Of a stretch of 64,000 nucleotides of DNA, positions 17,058 through 27,864 are shown piece by piece. Made by a program: the position numbers and the translations under genes. Source of the DNA: an uncultured Verrucomicrobiae bacterium. GTDB lineage: Bacteria; Verrucomicrobiota; Verrucomicrobiia; Chthoniobacterales; UBA10450. The stretch covers positions 288,001-352,000 of the forward strand of contig CAVTMK010000003.1 in assembly GCA_963735805.1 (NCBI GenBank), written 5' to 3'. The notes under the pieces were generated by a model, which saw only the letters and a program-made list of their open reading frames with translations, did no database searches and had not been told where the DNA came from. Numbering within the stretch: position 1 is the stretch's first letter; each line of letters begins with the position of its first letter.

Positions 17058-17141
17058 ATGACAAAAAAGCAGTGGATCAAACCCATGCTGAAAACCGTGC
17101 CGATCTTCTTCGAGTGCACGTGTTACGCGGGCACGGTTTAA
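17058..17141 (+). CDS. pqqA: PqqA-like precursor peptide (27 aa)
   Basis: MTKKQWIKPMLKTVPIFFECTCYAGTV*: WxKP leader and C-terminal ExxxY; absent from the ORF track. Confidence 0.72.
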   Translation: MTKKQWIKPMLKTVPIFFECTCYAGTV

Positions 17142-17267
17142 AAATATCAGGCGATAGCGAGGATCGCGTTAAGTCGCCCGGGGTTCCTGCGTGCAATTCC
17201 TAGAGGCCGGGACGCACTGGCTTTAACTCGCAAAAATCTCGCGGAGTTTCTTTTCGCGCAGCTCTGT

Positions 17268-17338
17268 TGTAGCCGAGGGCGCTGCCCTCGGTGGGTTTTT
17301 CATTCCGTGCGACACCGCGCTCAACGTCCGCGGCTACA
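17268..17338. repeat. GTAG-type REP-like doublet
   Basis: TGTAGCCGAGGGCGCTGCCCTCGG ... CCGCGGCTACA inverted ends. Confidence 0.65.
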
Positions 17339-17392
17339 GCAAAACGCCGTCATCCCATTTTTACCGTTTGCAATTCGCTGTTACTTTGCTGA

Positions 17393-17854
17393 ATGACGAA
17401 AAAGCTAAATTACGCTCCCGATCTGACTCAGCGTCCGCCGCGCAGCCCTCGCGTGCGGCTAGGGGGTTACGTTGTCCTTCCGCGGATCCTTGATAAGGGT
17501 CGCGCCGAGATCGCAGGGACCGCTGGAGAGTTCAAATACAATAACCCGGGCGACTACCATTGGTTCCGCTTCACTGGAATCACGCCGGAAGCCTTAAAGG
17601 CTGAGCTTGCCACCGGTAAAGGCGACGGTGAGATGCTGGTGTGGATACAGGAGAACGCGCCTAACAAACGCAGTCCATGGGAGATCCAGCAATGGAGCGC
17701 TTACTTTTCCGAGCGCGGGCCGGATAGCGACGTGGAAACGCTCGAAATGTTTGCCGAGCGCATGAAAAAGTTTAACCCTACCCGCGAAGACGTGAAGACA
17801 TGGTTCGACCTGCTCGATCTTGATGATTACGTGACGTTTGGCGGAAAGGCTTAG
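17393..17854 (+). CDS. DUF5069 domain protein
   Basis: DLTQRPPRSPRVRLGGYVVLPRILDKGRA...FDLLDLDD. Confidence 0.85.
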   Translation: MTKKLNYAPDLTQRPPRSPRVRLGGYVVLPRILDKGRAEIAGTAGEFKYNNPGDYHWFRFTGITPEALKAELATGKGDGEMLVWIQENAPNKRSPWEIQQWSAYFSERGPDSDVETLEMFAERMKKFNPTREDVKTWFDLLDLDDYVTFGGKA

Positions 17855-17993
17855 TTCCAGATTTCAGATTTGTATCTCGGCTGCGCCCGCAGCGCTCGAC
17901 CGCTACCCTCGCGGTCCGGCGGCTGCCGGATCGCTCATCCCATTCTCTCCATTGAAACTCGTTGGCTGCCCACGCTCAAAAGACGCCGCGGGC

Positions 17994-19718
17994 TTATTTG
18001 CCGAGGTGATCTGTCGAGTGGATGAAAGTGGCTGTGTCATCGTGGAGAGCTTTGAGCGATTCCTGATGCGCGTACACCATGTGACCCGACTGATAGTACC
18101 GATATTCAATGTGGTCCTGAAGCCGTTCCGGAATCTGGAGATGGTGCATTTCGTACCAACCTTCGTAAAACGGCGTGGCCAGATCGAAGTAGCCGCCGAG
18201 TAGAAGGATTCGCAGGTCCGGATTGTATTTCATGGCGCTGGCCAAATCCGGCATGACGTTGGTCGACTGCGGCAACGGCTGGGGTGCCCCCGGTGGCTGA
18301 TGCTGGAAATTCCAGATCTTCCACAGCTCAATTCCTGGCCGATAAGTTTTGTCCTGACCATAGTGCAAAGACTTTCTCACGTAGTCGTTGAAACCGGAGA
18401 CATAAGCGGAGCTAATGGCGGCGGCTTGCGGATCGTAATCGGCCTCCTTGCTAAGCGGATCCATGGTAGGGCCCGAGAAGCGCGTGTCGAGACGGCCGGT
18501 CGTGGTGTCGGTGTCGTCCTGGAGGTTCTTGGAGAACTCGCCGCCGTCGATGCGCAAGTTGGCCTTCAGGATGTAGCTGACAGGAAGTCCGGTATAGGCG
18601 TGGAGCTTTTCGGCAATCTCCTTGCGTTGGGCTTCCGGCAGAGTCGCTCCTTCTGCCAGCGCGTGTGCATAATCCCCCATCGCGAACTGTTCAACTTCTT
18701 TGAGAAAAAGTTCGAGTTGACCGGGAGAATTTGGACCGGGCAACTTGTGATGATACCAGGCGGTCGCCGCGTAGGTAGGCAGCGCCATCATGTAGGGTAG
18801 GTCGACGCCGGGATTGTATTCCGGTCGATCCACGCTCAGGTCGAAGTTCAGGATCTGCGAGAGCATGATCACGCCGTTCAAGTCGAGGTAGTACTCGTGC
18901 TGGAGCAGGTCTACCAGCACGGCGGAACGCGGCGTGCCGTAGCTTTCACCAAAGAGATACTTCGGCGAGTTCCAGCGCCCGTATTTGCTAAGATACGCAA
19001 CGATGAATTCTGCGAACGCGTGGGCGTCCGGATCCACGCCGTAAAATTCTTTTTCCTTGTTCTTGCCGGCGATGCGACTGAAGCCGGTGCCGGGAGCGTC
19101 CACGAATACCAAATCGGTGGCGTCCAGCAGGCTGTAGTCGTTATTAACAACTTGATAAGGCGCGGCTGCGGTATGCGAGTTGTCTGCCGTGATCACCCGC
19201 CGGGGGCCAAAGGCCCCCATGTGCAGCCAGACAGTCGAAGAGCCGGGGCCGCCGTTGAACAGGAACGTCACGGGACGTTTATCCTGTTCCGCATTCTGTT
19301 TGTTATAGGCCACGTAGAACATCGAGGCTTCAGCCGTCGGATTTTTGGATTTCTCTTCGCTCTCCCCGCTTGGTTCGCTCTCTTCATTCTCCTTGCTTTT
19401 CCGGTCCGCAGCCGAGGCCGCATCATCCCAGCCTTTGGGATGGACGACGAGTGTGCCGGCCACGGCTTGATACTCGATTGGGCTGCCTTCGACGGTCACG
19501 CTGCCCGTGCTGGTGGCAGATTCGGGCTTGAAGTTGGGGGTTGCAGTGGGCGTTGGCGTAGCCTTCGACTCAGCGTTTGAACCCTTTTGGGAGGCCGCGT
19601 TGACTTGGACGGCGAGTCCAGCTGCCAGGAAGAGGCTAAAGGCAAGGCGAAGCGAGCGTTTCCAAAAAGCAATTTTCCTTTTAGGCGCTACGCGATTGTC
19701 TGAAAAAGTTTTTTTCAT
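17994..19718 (-). CDS. Secreted S10 family serine carboxypeptidase
   Basis: FNGGPGSS, FVDAPGTGFS, GESYG, GYFDLATP, SGHMVY. Confidence 0.92.
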   Translation of the reverse strand: MKKTFSDNRVAPKRKIAFWKRSLRLAFSLFLAAGLAVQVNAASQKGSNAESKATPTPTATPNFKPESATSTGSVTVEGSPIEYQAVAGTLVVHPKGWDDAASAADRKSKENEESEPSGESEEKSKNPTAEASMFYVAYNKQNAEQDKRPVTFLFNGGPGSSTVWLHMGAFGPRRVITADNSHTAAAPYQVVNNDYSLLDATDLVFVDAPGTGFSRIAGKNKEKEFYGVDPDAHAFAEFIVAYLSKYGRWNSPKYLFGESYGTPRSAVLVDLLQHEYYLDLNGVIMLSQILNFDLSVDRPEYNPGVDLPYMMALPTYAATAWYHHKLPGPNSPGQLELFLKEVEQFAMGDYAHALAEGATLPEAQRKEIAEKLHAYTGLPVSYILKANLRIDGGEFSKNLQDDTDTTTGRLDTRFSGPTMDPLSKEADYDPQAAAISSAYVSGFNDYVRKSLHYGQDKTYRPGIELWKIWNFQHQPPGAPQPLPQSTNVMPDLASAMKYNPDLRILLLGGYFDLATPFYEGWYEMHHLQIPERLQDHIEYRYYQSGHMVYAHQESLKALHDDTATFIHSTDHLGK

Positions 19719-20145
19719 CACGATGACGTTTCTGAATTCTGGCCGGGAACGGAGTCCGAGCAAACACTGTTTTCGTCCTTGGCCCGCTTCAGACAGCCTA
19801 CCGAGAGAATAGCATTTCATAGCAAAAGCAACGGAATCACCCTGGCGGCCGTGTCTCCGATAGCGAGTGAAATAAGAAGAGAGTCGGAATTCCGTCTGAA
19901 CTCGCCATGGCGAACAAGCTGGCGAACGCTAAACGCCAGACGGTTGGTCGGAATTGGTCGTCCTTGTTTAAGATGTCGGATAGATCATGGCAGATTTCAG
20001 ATTTTGGAGTCTAAAAACAGGAAAAGGCTTAGGGATCTCGACGAATACTTTCAAAGAAGTTCTGTTCGCCAGCTTTATAACCAGTGCCCCACGTTAAAGG
20101 TGACGGCCCACAGGGCCGTGGCTACAACCGCAGGAATGACACCTT

Positions 20146-20553
20146 CTATTCGAGCAGCTGCCTCAGATTTTGAAGCACGGCGTCTTCTTCGTCCGAGCGC
20201 GCGCCATCAGCGAGGAACAGCTCCTGGCACAGATCCAATGCTCGTCCCTTCACTGCTGCGGTACCAAGCCTCTCGTTTATCGAAGCCAGGAATTGATCCC
20301 TGTATACCTGACTTTCTCTCGCGTTGCGTGCGTTACCAACCGATCTCGCATCGAACTGATCGAACGGTATTTTCGGGTCCCAATTGAAGCTAGCGACCGT
20401 ATCCGTGATCAATCTGTCCTCGGCGAGGAAGACCAAATTGTCGGCATACATGCAATAATTCAGCAAATCCACTATCGCCTCACGCTGGGGCTGGGTGAGA
20501 CCGTCTTTCGGCGCTTCCGCTTTATGGAACAGTTTTTTGATTAGACTGGGCAT
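20146..20553 (-). CDS. TerB-like hypothetical protein
   Basis: MYADN..LAED and LFLADGARSDEE repeated TerB-type motifs. Confidence 0.6.
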   Translation of the reverse strand: MPSLIKKLFHKAEAPKDGLTQPQREAIVDLLNYCMYADNLVFLAEDRLITDTVASFNWDPKIPFDQFDARSVGNARNARESQVYRDQFLASINERLGTAAVKGRALDLCQELFLADGARSDEEDAVLQNLRQLLE

Positions 20554-20695
20554 AGAGATTCAGTTTCCAGTCCGAGTTTGTAGCAGCAACCACCAATCAC
20601 GGGCAAGAATTACCAGAGAAATGCTTCTCATTTCAGGCGGCCTACGTTAGATTGTACAGGCAAACGGTTCGGCAACAGGAAAGGGAAAGGGAAAC

Positions 20696-21769
20696 ATGAA
20701 AACAAAATTGTCTGCCGTCGCGCTTGTTGCGAGCGCGGTCACGATTGCTCAAGCGAACCCAGGAGCTGTTCCCGCAGCGAAAGTGGGAGGGCGAGTTACA
20801 CGCAGTGCCCCGGCGGTTCATGCTCCGATGCGGCCCGGCGGTGTTTCATCGTTCCGCTCGACGCCGATGCGGTCATATGGCAATAGACCGTTTTATTCAG
20901 GCCAACGCTCTCCCTCGGTTGGGATGCGTTCGTTACCATCCTTCGCATATCGGCGGCCTATTTATTCGAGTCGACCTTTGGTCACGCGTTCCGGTCCATA
21001 CACGATAGCAACTATCCCGCAACGCAATCGTATCGCGCTAATCGCGAATCGCAGAACTCCAGCTGTCACACGCGTTTGGAACCAGCGAAACATCGGAACG
21101 CAATTCCGGAACGGAAATAATCTACGAAACGCCAACAATTTCCGGAATGGAAACAATCATCTGCGGCATGACTGGCAAAAACACGTTTTCGCTCACACCT
21201 CAGGAGATTGGCATCGCGATTGGAACCGCAATTGCGACCACTGGTGGAATGGTCACCGATGCTCCTTTATTAATGGAACGTGGGTGATCTTCAATCTGGG
21301 ATTTTCTCCGTGGTGGCCTTCGTACTATCCAGACGATTACTACTACGACTATGGCTTCCCGAATGATGGCTACGGCTCGTCGACCTACGGGTACGATTAT
21401 CCGAACTCGTACAATTACGACCCCGGCGACTACAACTCAGGCAATTACCAGGGACAGATGTATCACGATCAAAATAGCTATCCGGACCAATCGCAGGGCT
21501 ACTACGACTCCGGTGTTTACCAAACGGAAGTGTACGATGATCCGAATGGCTACAGCGATAAACCGCAATCAGACGATTCGATCATTGTCGCAGCGCAGGA
21601 ACGACTGGCTCGCCAGGGCTACTACCGCGGCGAGACAGACGGTGTGCTCAGCGCTGAGACGCAGAAAGCCATCAGGCGTTATCAAAGTACCAACGGCTTG
21701 CGCCAGACTGGCGACCTCGACAGCGACACGCTCGCAGTTATGGGACTATCCAAAGGTACGAGCTACTAA
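20696..21769 (+). CDS. Secreted low-complexity protein with C-terminal peptidoglycan-binding domain
   Basis: Signal peptide, Arg/Asn/Tyr-rich region, AQERLARQGYYRGETDG...AIRRYQ..NGLRQTG. Confidence 0.85.
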   Translation: MKTKLSAVALVASAVTIAQANPGAVPAAKVGGRVTRSAPAVHAPMRPGGVSSFRSTPMRSYGNRPFYSGQRSPSVGMRSLPSFAYRRPIYSSRPLVTRSGPYTIATIPQRNRIALIANRRTPAVTRVWNQRNIGTQFRNGNNLRNANNFRNGNNHLRHDWQKHVFAHTSGDWHRDWNRNCDHWWNGHRCSFINGTWVIFNLGFSPWWPSYYPDDYYYDYGFPNDGYGSSTYGYDYPNSYNYDPGDYNSGNYQGQMYHDQNSYPDQSQGYYDSGVYQTEVYDDPNGYSDKPQSDDSIIVAAQERLARQGYYRGETDGVLSAETQKAIRRYQSTNGLRQTGDLDSDTLAVMGLSKGTSY

Positions 21770-22203
21770 AATTTGAGATCGGCCAATGTGGGGGAAGGAA
21801 TTGGGGGCCGGATCTCAAGGGCAAGTTGTCCAGATCGTTTTTTTAAGAAAGATAATGAAAATAGGCGTGCGGCGATCTGTTAAGAGAGTCTTCCCATGAT
21901 GTCATTGTGATGGAAACACAGGGGCGCGAAGCGCAGCTCTTTAGTTATGCGGTGAACCTGGTGAAGCCAGGTGCGAGCCAATCATCCTCTGCGCCAGATA
22001 AAACAGTGATTGTCGCCTACGATCTTGTCACGCCGTAGCCCGTGGTTAGGCCGATCAGGCTTTGCGCGGCAAAAGCGGAAGCAATTTCGTGGCGGATTTG
22101 AGCCCCAGCCATTCCAGGCAACACCAAATCTTTCTCGCCGTGCGCATCGCTCCAGTGTAAGCACCGCCGAGTTCTTATCATAAGCGGCTTACGATGCACG
22201 AAT

Positions 22204-22908
22204 TCAACTGCTCAAAGTTTCTGAAGTCGCTGCCTGTTCCCGCCAACGATCGGTGTTTACCCCCATGACGAATAGCCAGAGCATCAACAGCACTTCCGCG
22301 GTAACGCCAACAATTGCGATGTAAGCGAACAGTCGCTCGGCTAATGGCGGGTACAAAAAGATTAGCCAGCCTAAACCTGCGAGCACCATCAACACGCCCA
22401 GAAAGCGCGGTAGGAAGGTCGATCGCAGAATAAGACAGCCGATCAGCAGACAATACACTCCGAAGAACACCAGGGCGACATTGCCGACTTGGTGGGTCAA
22501 TTTCAAAAATAGCATTCCGACTGCGCGGCCCGACAATTCGTCGGAGCTGAATACAGAAACCGTTCCTCCATCTCCCAGGTTGGCTAAGGTGAAAAACTGA
22601 AACGCGCTCCCGCCCGCCTGAATTGCGCAGCCTACAACTCCGAAGAAGGCGGCAACCAACGAAACAGTTCGATTCACTGGCTTGAACAACACGTAAAACA
22701 AAGCGACCAACGCGATGTAGAATCCTGTTCCGATCAAGCCGGTAGCAACGCCGAGATGGAATAACTGTTCGTGAGTGACAATCGCGTTCGCCGTCGCTGT
22801 GCTGTCGTTTTTGACGACTAATCCTTTCAGGCACGCGACACTCAGCATCGACATAAGAAAGAAAAGCAAGTAAACGAGTCCGATTATCTGCGCTTTTTTC
22901 TTAGTCAT
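22204..22908 (-). CDS. DUF4386 membrane protein
   Basis: TATANAI, LFKPVNR, FFGVYCLLIG, STFLPRFLG. Confidence 0.82.
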   Translation of the reverse strand: MTKKKAQIIGLVYLLFFLMSMLSVACLKGLVVKNDSTATANAIVTHEQLFHLGVATGLIGTGFYIALVALFYVLFKPVNRTVSLVAAFFGVVGCAIQAGGSAFQFFTLANLGDGGTVSVFSSDELSGRAVGMLFLKLTHQVGNVALVFFGVYCLLIGCLILRSTFLPRFLGVLMVLAGLGWLIFLYPPLAERLFAYIAIVGVTAEVLLMLWLFVMGVNTDRWREQAATSETLSS

Positions 22909-23061
22909 GATCCTAGCTCCGGGTTCTCTGCGGATAATTCCCTAATCAAAACTCTTTAGAACTGCCAGCCAAAACGCCAGTGCGACTCAGACGTCGTGTG
23001 ACGGAACGACAGCCGTCGTTTTAACGGCTTCGCGAAGAGCTGCAGGTGAATAGTCGGCGTG

Positions 23062-25248
23062 TCACATTCTTAACAGACGCCGAATGGTGATTTCGAGTTT
23101 TCGAAGATTGACCGGTTTTGTAAGATGCGAATCGAAGCCGGCCTGCCGGGCGCGCTCGATGTCCTGCTGCATTCCGAAACCGGTCAGCGCGATTGCCGGT
23201 GTCGTTTTGATCTTTCGAATCTCCGTAATCAAATCAATCCCACTACCGTCCGGCAAGCCAAGATCGCAAACGAGCAGATCGAAGTCTTCGCGCGCTACGA
23301 CCTCCAAAGCTTTCGCTACGGTAGGGACGCTCTCGACCTTGTAACCGCGCTTCTCTAAAAGACCAGACAATGCCCGCGCGCTGTCCAGGTGGTCCTCCAC
23401 CAGAAGGAGATTCACTTTGCCAGCCACGTTCGGGAGTGCACCGTCCGGCTCGCCCCTCGCCGGCACGCCAGTAATCGTCGGAATGCTCACCGTGAACGTG
23501 GAGCCTTGTCCCAGGCCCGGGCTCTCAGCGGTCAATTTTCCTTCCAAAAGCTTGATCAGCGCGTTGGAGATTGTCATTCCAAGTCCCAGTCCGCGGTACC
23601 GCCGATGATGCGTGGGATCGCCCTGCTCGAAGGGTACGAACAGCTTCGAAATTGTTTCCGGGGTCATTCCAATACCGGTATCTGCAACTGAGACATCGAT
23701 TTTTCCGTCGGAATTGTTAGACGTGCCGATAGTAATATTTCCGCCACTCCCGGTAAATTTGATGGCGTTAAGCAGGATGTTCCAAAGGACTTGCTGCAAT
23801 CGTGCGGCATCGGTGTGGACGCAGTGCCGGGAGGCGTTCAGGCGCAGAGACACGTCAAGATCCTTCTCGTGAAGTTCGCTTTGCGAAAGGCCAATCAACA
23901 ACTCGACCAACTCATGCACATCGGTGTCTTCCGGTGAAACCGACACCATGCCTCGTCCTAAACGCGTCAGATCAAGGAGATCGTCGATAATGCGCGCTTC
24001 GAGTTCAATGTTGCGTCGCAGCATCTGGACATCGGACCGGATCGGTTCTGGAAGTTCTCCGCTCACCTCCCATAGATTGAGTGTGGCCAGTACCGGCGTA
24101 AGCGGGGTCCGTAACTCGTGCGAGAGCATCGCCAGAAACTGGTCCTTGGCTTTGATCGCTGTCTCAGCAGTTTCTTTTGCTTGCCGCAATTCGCGAGAAG
24201 AATTTTTTTGCTCTGAAAAATCGCGGAAAACTAAAACAACACCGTGCATAACGCCGTTTGCATCGCGAATAGGCGCGCCACTGTCATCAATTGGAACTTC
24301 CGTCCCGTCTTTGCGAATCAGGATGGTGTGATTTGCCAGGCCGACGATCACGCCTTCCTCCATGACTTTCTCAACCGGACTTTCAACTGGTTGCCGAGTC
24401 TCCTCGTTTACAATATGAAAAATCTCCGTGCTGGGCCGACCGTTCGCTTCGTGAAATTTCCAGCCAGTTACTTCTTCAGCGACCTGGTTCATGAACGTAA
24501 TGTGGCCAGCCTGATCTGTGACGATCACGCAATCCCCAATGCTCGCGAGCGTCACGGCGAGCAGATCCTTTTGTCGTTTTAATTCGAAATCCCGTCGGGC
24601 AGCTTCAGCCAGTGCCTGGTCGCGCAATTTGATCGATTCAGCGATTCGCCGATAAGCCCACGCCAGGACGATGAGATTAAGGAGGCCTGCCGCAATAAAG
24701 ACGATGGTGCGAATCCAGGTAATTCGGTCACTGGCTTGACGATCTCTTTCAAGCGCAGCGGTCTTGATGGATTGCACACGGGCGACTTCACCGCGTAGCT
24801 TTTCCATCAGTTCCTGACCCCGCCCGGATCGTACCGCTTCTGCAGCAGCCTCAAAGCCCCCGGTTCGACGCAGTTCTACTGTCCTGCGCAGTTCTGCGAT
24901 TTTTTGTTCGACTAACTGGGTGACTTTATCGACATCAGCCTCAGAGATGTCGATGCGCGGCATCGACTTGAATGTTGCAATTTCTGTCGGCAATCGACTC
25001 AGTGCGTCATTGAAAGGAGCGAGATAGCGTTCGTCACCAGTAATGATGAAGCCCCGCTGGCCGGTCTCCGCGTCCTTTACTATCGAAGTTATTTCATCGA
25101 GGTCGATAATGACCTGGCGACGGATCTGTTCACGCTCGTGAGCGCGCAGCACTTGATTTCCGAATTGGTATGTAACGAAGGTGCTACCGAGCACTACTAC
25201 GGCAGTAATAACGAATACCGAAAGTATTACCCGCAGACGAACGATCAT
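23062..25248 (-). CDS. Hybrid sensor histidine kinase (CHASE3-PAS-HisKA-HATPase-REC)
   Basis: DAETGQRGF, SHELRTPL, NAIKFT, GLGLGM, DLGLPDGSG, LTKP. Confidence 0.93.
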   Translation of the reverse strand: MIVRLRVILSVFVITAVVVLGSTFVTYQFGNQVLRAHEREQIRRQVIIDLDEITSIVKDAETGQRGFIITGDERYLAPFNDALSRLPTEIATFKSMPRIDISEADVDKVTQLVEQKIAELRRTVELRRTGGFEAAAEAVRSGRGQELMEKLRGEVARVQSIKTAALERDRQASDRITWIRTIVFIAAGLLNLIVLAWAYRRIAESIKLRDQALAEAARRDFELKRQKDLLAVTLASIGDCVIVTDQAGHITFMNQVAEEVTGWKFHEANGRPSTEIFHIVNEETRQPVESPVEKVMEEGVIVGLANHTILIRKDGTEVPIDDSGAPIRDANGVMHGVVLVFRDFSEQKNSSRELRQAKETAETAIKAKDQFLAMLSHELRTPLTPVLATLNLWEVSGELPEPIRSDVQMLRRNIELEARIIDDLLDLTRLGRGMVSVSPEDTDVHELVELLIGLSQSELHEKDLDVSLRLNASRHCVHTDAARLQQVLWNILLNAIKFTGSGGNITIGTSNNSDGKIDVSVADTGIGMTPETISKLFVPFEQGDPTHHRRYRGLGLGMTISNALIKLLEGKLTAESPGLGQGSTFTVSIPTITGVPARGEPDGALPNVAGKVNLLLVEDHLDSARALSGLLEKRGYKVESVPTVAKALEVVAREDFDLLVCDLGLPDGSGIDLITEIRKIKTTPAIALTGFGMQQDIERARQAGFDSHLTKPVNLRKLEITIRRLLRM

Positions 25249-25473
25249 TGCTCGTGGTCAAGTTTCTCCAAACCCGGTTCTGCTGGCAACGCCAACGTGC
25301 AAAGCCTTAACGTTTGGATCGAATTGCATCGGCATGCGCTTCCGGTTTAGAGAGAATGTCCGTTCCTTTGTCAAATGTTATGGGCAACCAAGTTCCGGTG
25401 GGACATCCTGTCTGTGCATAAGAAGGGCTTAACAGTAACGTTTCCGTCGTTGTCATGAGTCGTATTAATCTCC

Positions 25474-25572
25474 TGGATCTTCTACGATTTGCGGCACAGC
25501 GATCCTCTCGCCTATTGGATTTTAAGCTGGACGAAAAGATGCTCGCCTCGCGTCACTGGTTTTATTATTTCC
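25474..25572 (+). pseudogene. Internal fragment of an aminopeptidase P homologue
   Basis: Aligns to 28003-28104 (YD.RHSDPLAY.IL..DEKM.ASR.WFYY) with a 1-nt deletion. Confidence 0.8.
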
Positions 25573-25643
25573 GGCGGTCAGCGCCCGCGCCTACAGACGT
25601 CTCCAGATAGCGACGTGGCTACAAAGGAGTCGGTAACGCTGCG

Positions 25644-27143
25644 TCAAGCGACGGGAACGACGGTCGCCGCTTCGATGATAGGCGTCTCGGCCTTGTCGCT
25701 GATCAGCTTCCGTAAAAACGGAATCAGCGCGACGAGCATGATGCCGACCGCCAGGCTGCCCAGGCCAAGTTCGGTGAAGAGTTTCGCGTACCCGGTGTTG
25801 GTGGCGACAATTGTGGTGCCGGTCGGTTCGGGAATCATTCCCGAAAAGTCACCTGCAAAGAGCGACGCAAGGCCGGTCACGAGCATCCAGCTGCCCATCA
25901 TCACGCCCTGATATTGCTTCGGTGCGAGCTTGCCGATCATCGCGTATCCGATCGGCATGATGAGGAGCTCGCCGATGCTCTGCAGGACGTAGTTCAGGAA
26001 CAGCCAGATGAACGCGCTCTTGCCATCGGTCCCGGCTAGCTTGATACCAAGCGTGAGAAGGAAAAAGGCGACTGCCATCAAGAGCAGCGACGCCGCGAAT
26101 TGTTGCGGGATGTCGATTCTCCACCCGCGCTCGCGCATGCGGGTAAACAGCGACGCGAAAATCGGCCCGCCGAGCACGATGCAAACGGTGTTGATGTTCT
26201 GAATCCATTGCGGCTGAATCTTCACGGGGCCGACCATCAGATCGACGTTGTTGACCGCGAATAGCATCAAACCGTTCGGCGCCATTTGATAAAGCGACCA
26301 GAACATCAGCGAGCCGATGGTCAGAATCAGGTAGGCCGTCATGTTCCGTCGCTCGCGGCGGTCCTGGTGCCGGACAGTGAGGTAAATCAGTGTGAGCGCG
26401 ACCGCGGCGCAGATCATCTTGAGTATCGTTTCGGTGCTGCCGGGCCGCTGAAGCATGAACCAGACGACGGGAACGAGGCCTATGAGAATGCCGATCCCGG
26501 CGAGCTGGCGCACCTGGAACTGCTTTCGCGTCGCCTCGAGCAGCGGCGTGTTGCGGTCGGCCAGCGTCTTCCACATAGACAGGGCGAGGATGATGGCGAC
26601 GAAATTGCCGAGCGTGGCGAAGATGAAGAGGCTCGAGTAACTCTGGGTCGCCTGGAAATAACCGGCGGCGCTGAACCCGACGAAGAAGCCGACGTTCATA
26701 CCGGCGTAGTTCCAGAGGAAAGCTCCTTCGCGGCGCGGATCCTCCGGGGCAAAGCGCTGCGTGAGCATCATGTTGATGCAAGTTACATTGAGCCCGCTGC
26801 CAGTGAGGAAAAGGGCGAGCCCGACGTAGAACAATGGGAGCGTGCCGGTCGCGATGCATGCGCAGCCAACCACTTGCACCGCCATGCTGCCGACAAACAG
26901 TTTGCGATTCGAGAGGAAACGGCCGCCCAGGTAACCGCCGAAAAGGTGCAGGCCGTAATTGAAAGCGCCGAACACACCCATCAACGTGGTGGCCATTTTT
27001 ACGCCGAGATGCAGATGCTTCGTCGCGTAGAGGACCAGCGTTGAGTAGAGAACAGCGAAGCCGAGCGTCGAGAAGATCTGAATGAAGAACAGCGCAGCCG
27101 TTCCCTCGGGAGCCTTAGCAAAACGGCGTGTGAGAAACTTCAT
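25644..27143 (-). CDS. POT/PTR family peptide:H+ symporter (MFS)
   Basis: GGYLGGRFL, RREGAFLWNYAGMNVG, FWSLYQM, IGELLIMPIG. Confidence 0.85.
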   Translation of the reverse strand: MKFLTRRFAKAPEGTAALFFIQIFSTLGFAVLYSTLVLYATKHLHLGVKMATTLMGVFGAFNYGLHLFGGYLGGRFLSNRKLFVGSMAVQVVGCACIATGTLPLFYVGLALFLTGSGLNVTCINMMLTQRFAPEDPRREGAFLWNYAGMNVGFFVGFSAAGYFQATQSYSSLFIFATLGNFVAIILALSMWKTLADRNTPLLEATRKQFQVRQLAGIGILIGLVPVVWFMLQRPGSTETILKMICAAVALTLIYLTVRHQDRRERRNMTAYLILTIGSLMFWSLYQMAPNGLMLFAVNNVDLMVGPVKIQPQWIQNINTVCIVLGGPIFASLFTRMRERGWRIDIPQQFAASLLLMAVAFFLLTLGIKLAGTDGKSAFIWLFLNYVLQSIGELLIMPIGYAMIGKLAPKQYQGVMMGSWMLVTGLASLFAGDFSGMIPEPTGTTIVATNTGYAKLFTELGLGSLAVGIMLVALIPFLRKLISDKAETPIIEAATVVPVA

Positions 27144-27202
27144 CCGGCGCTCCTTTGTTGCTCGACCCACGGGGTAATGTCAAGCGGCACTCGGACTACA
27201 GA

Positions 27203-27595
27203 TCATTTCCACAGAGAGAGGTTTCCACCTCCGGTAGTGACGATCACCAGATTCATTACGACAAGCATCGTGTCGTAGCTCCATCCGTTTGTGCCTGATT
27301 TACCCCAGAAGCCTGTGCGCCAGACGAAAATCTTCTTCTGAATCGCGCCCAGCATGACCAATATCAAACCCGCGGCAGCGAGTTGCGTGAGAACGCCAAA
27401 AATTGTTCCCAGGCTTCCGGCGACTTCGACTGCACCTAGAAAAATGGTGAAGCCTTTACTCATTCCGATGTCTTTGCTTCGCGCCTTAGGGTCTTTGAGA
27501 TGATTCCAACCACTGGTGATGAATACCAGCCCAACCATGATGCGCAAAAGAAGAAGCACGATATCGGTGAACTGGGCTAATTGTGGAAAGATCAT
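27203..27595 (-). CDS. DoxX family membrane protein
   Basis: LLLRIMVGLVFITSG, EVAGSLG..FGVLTQLAA. Confidence 0.85.
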   Translation of the reverse strand: MIFPQLAQFTDIVLLLLRIMVGLVFITSGWNHLKDPKARSKDIGMSKGFTIFLGAVEVAGSLGTIFGVLTQLAAAGLILVMLGAIQKKIFVWRTGFWGKSGTNGWSYDTMLVVMNLVIVTTGGGNLSLWK

Positions 27596-27864
27596 GCAAC
27601 GATGATTTGGATCGCGATTTTGTAATATGAAACGCCGCTAACGAGCAAGAATTTGCGACGCTTCCGGCGGTATAGACTTCGCTACAGGAGAACGCCCCGG
27701 CACAGCGAGGCGGCTACAGGGCGCGAACGCCTCGACACGCCTTCATCAATTCCGGCGCGGCGAGTACGGTTCGACTTTGTTCAGGAACAAGGTCGCGTAC
27801 ATCCGATGATGTTATCTACTAAAGTGCTTCGCTCTTGGACAATTGGCTGATATTTCAATACGAC

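Noticed and set aside
21100..21160. Short repeats encoding FRNGNN
   Set aside because: Part of the low-complexity coding region of the peptidoglycan-binding protein
22017..22135. Possible receiver-domain remnant on the minus strand (DLVLPGMAG...LIGLTTGYG)
   Set aside because: Suggestive but too short and degenerate to call without a search
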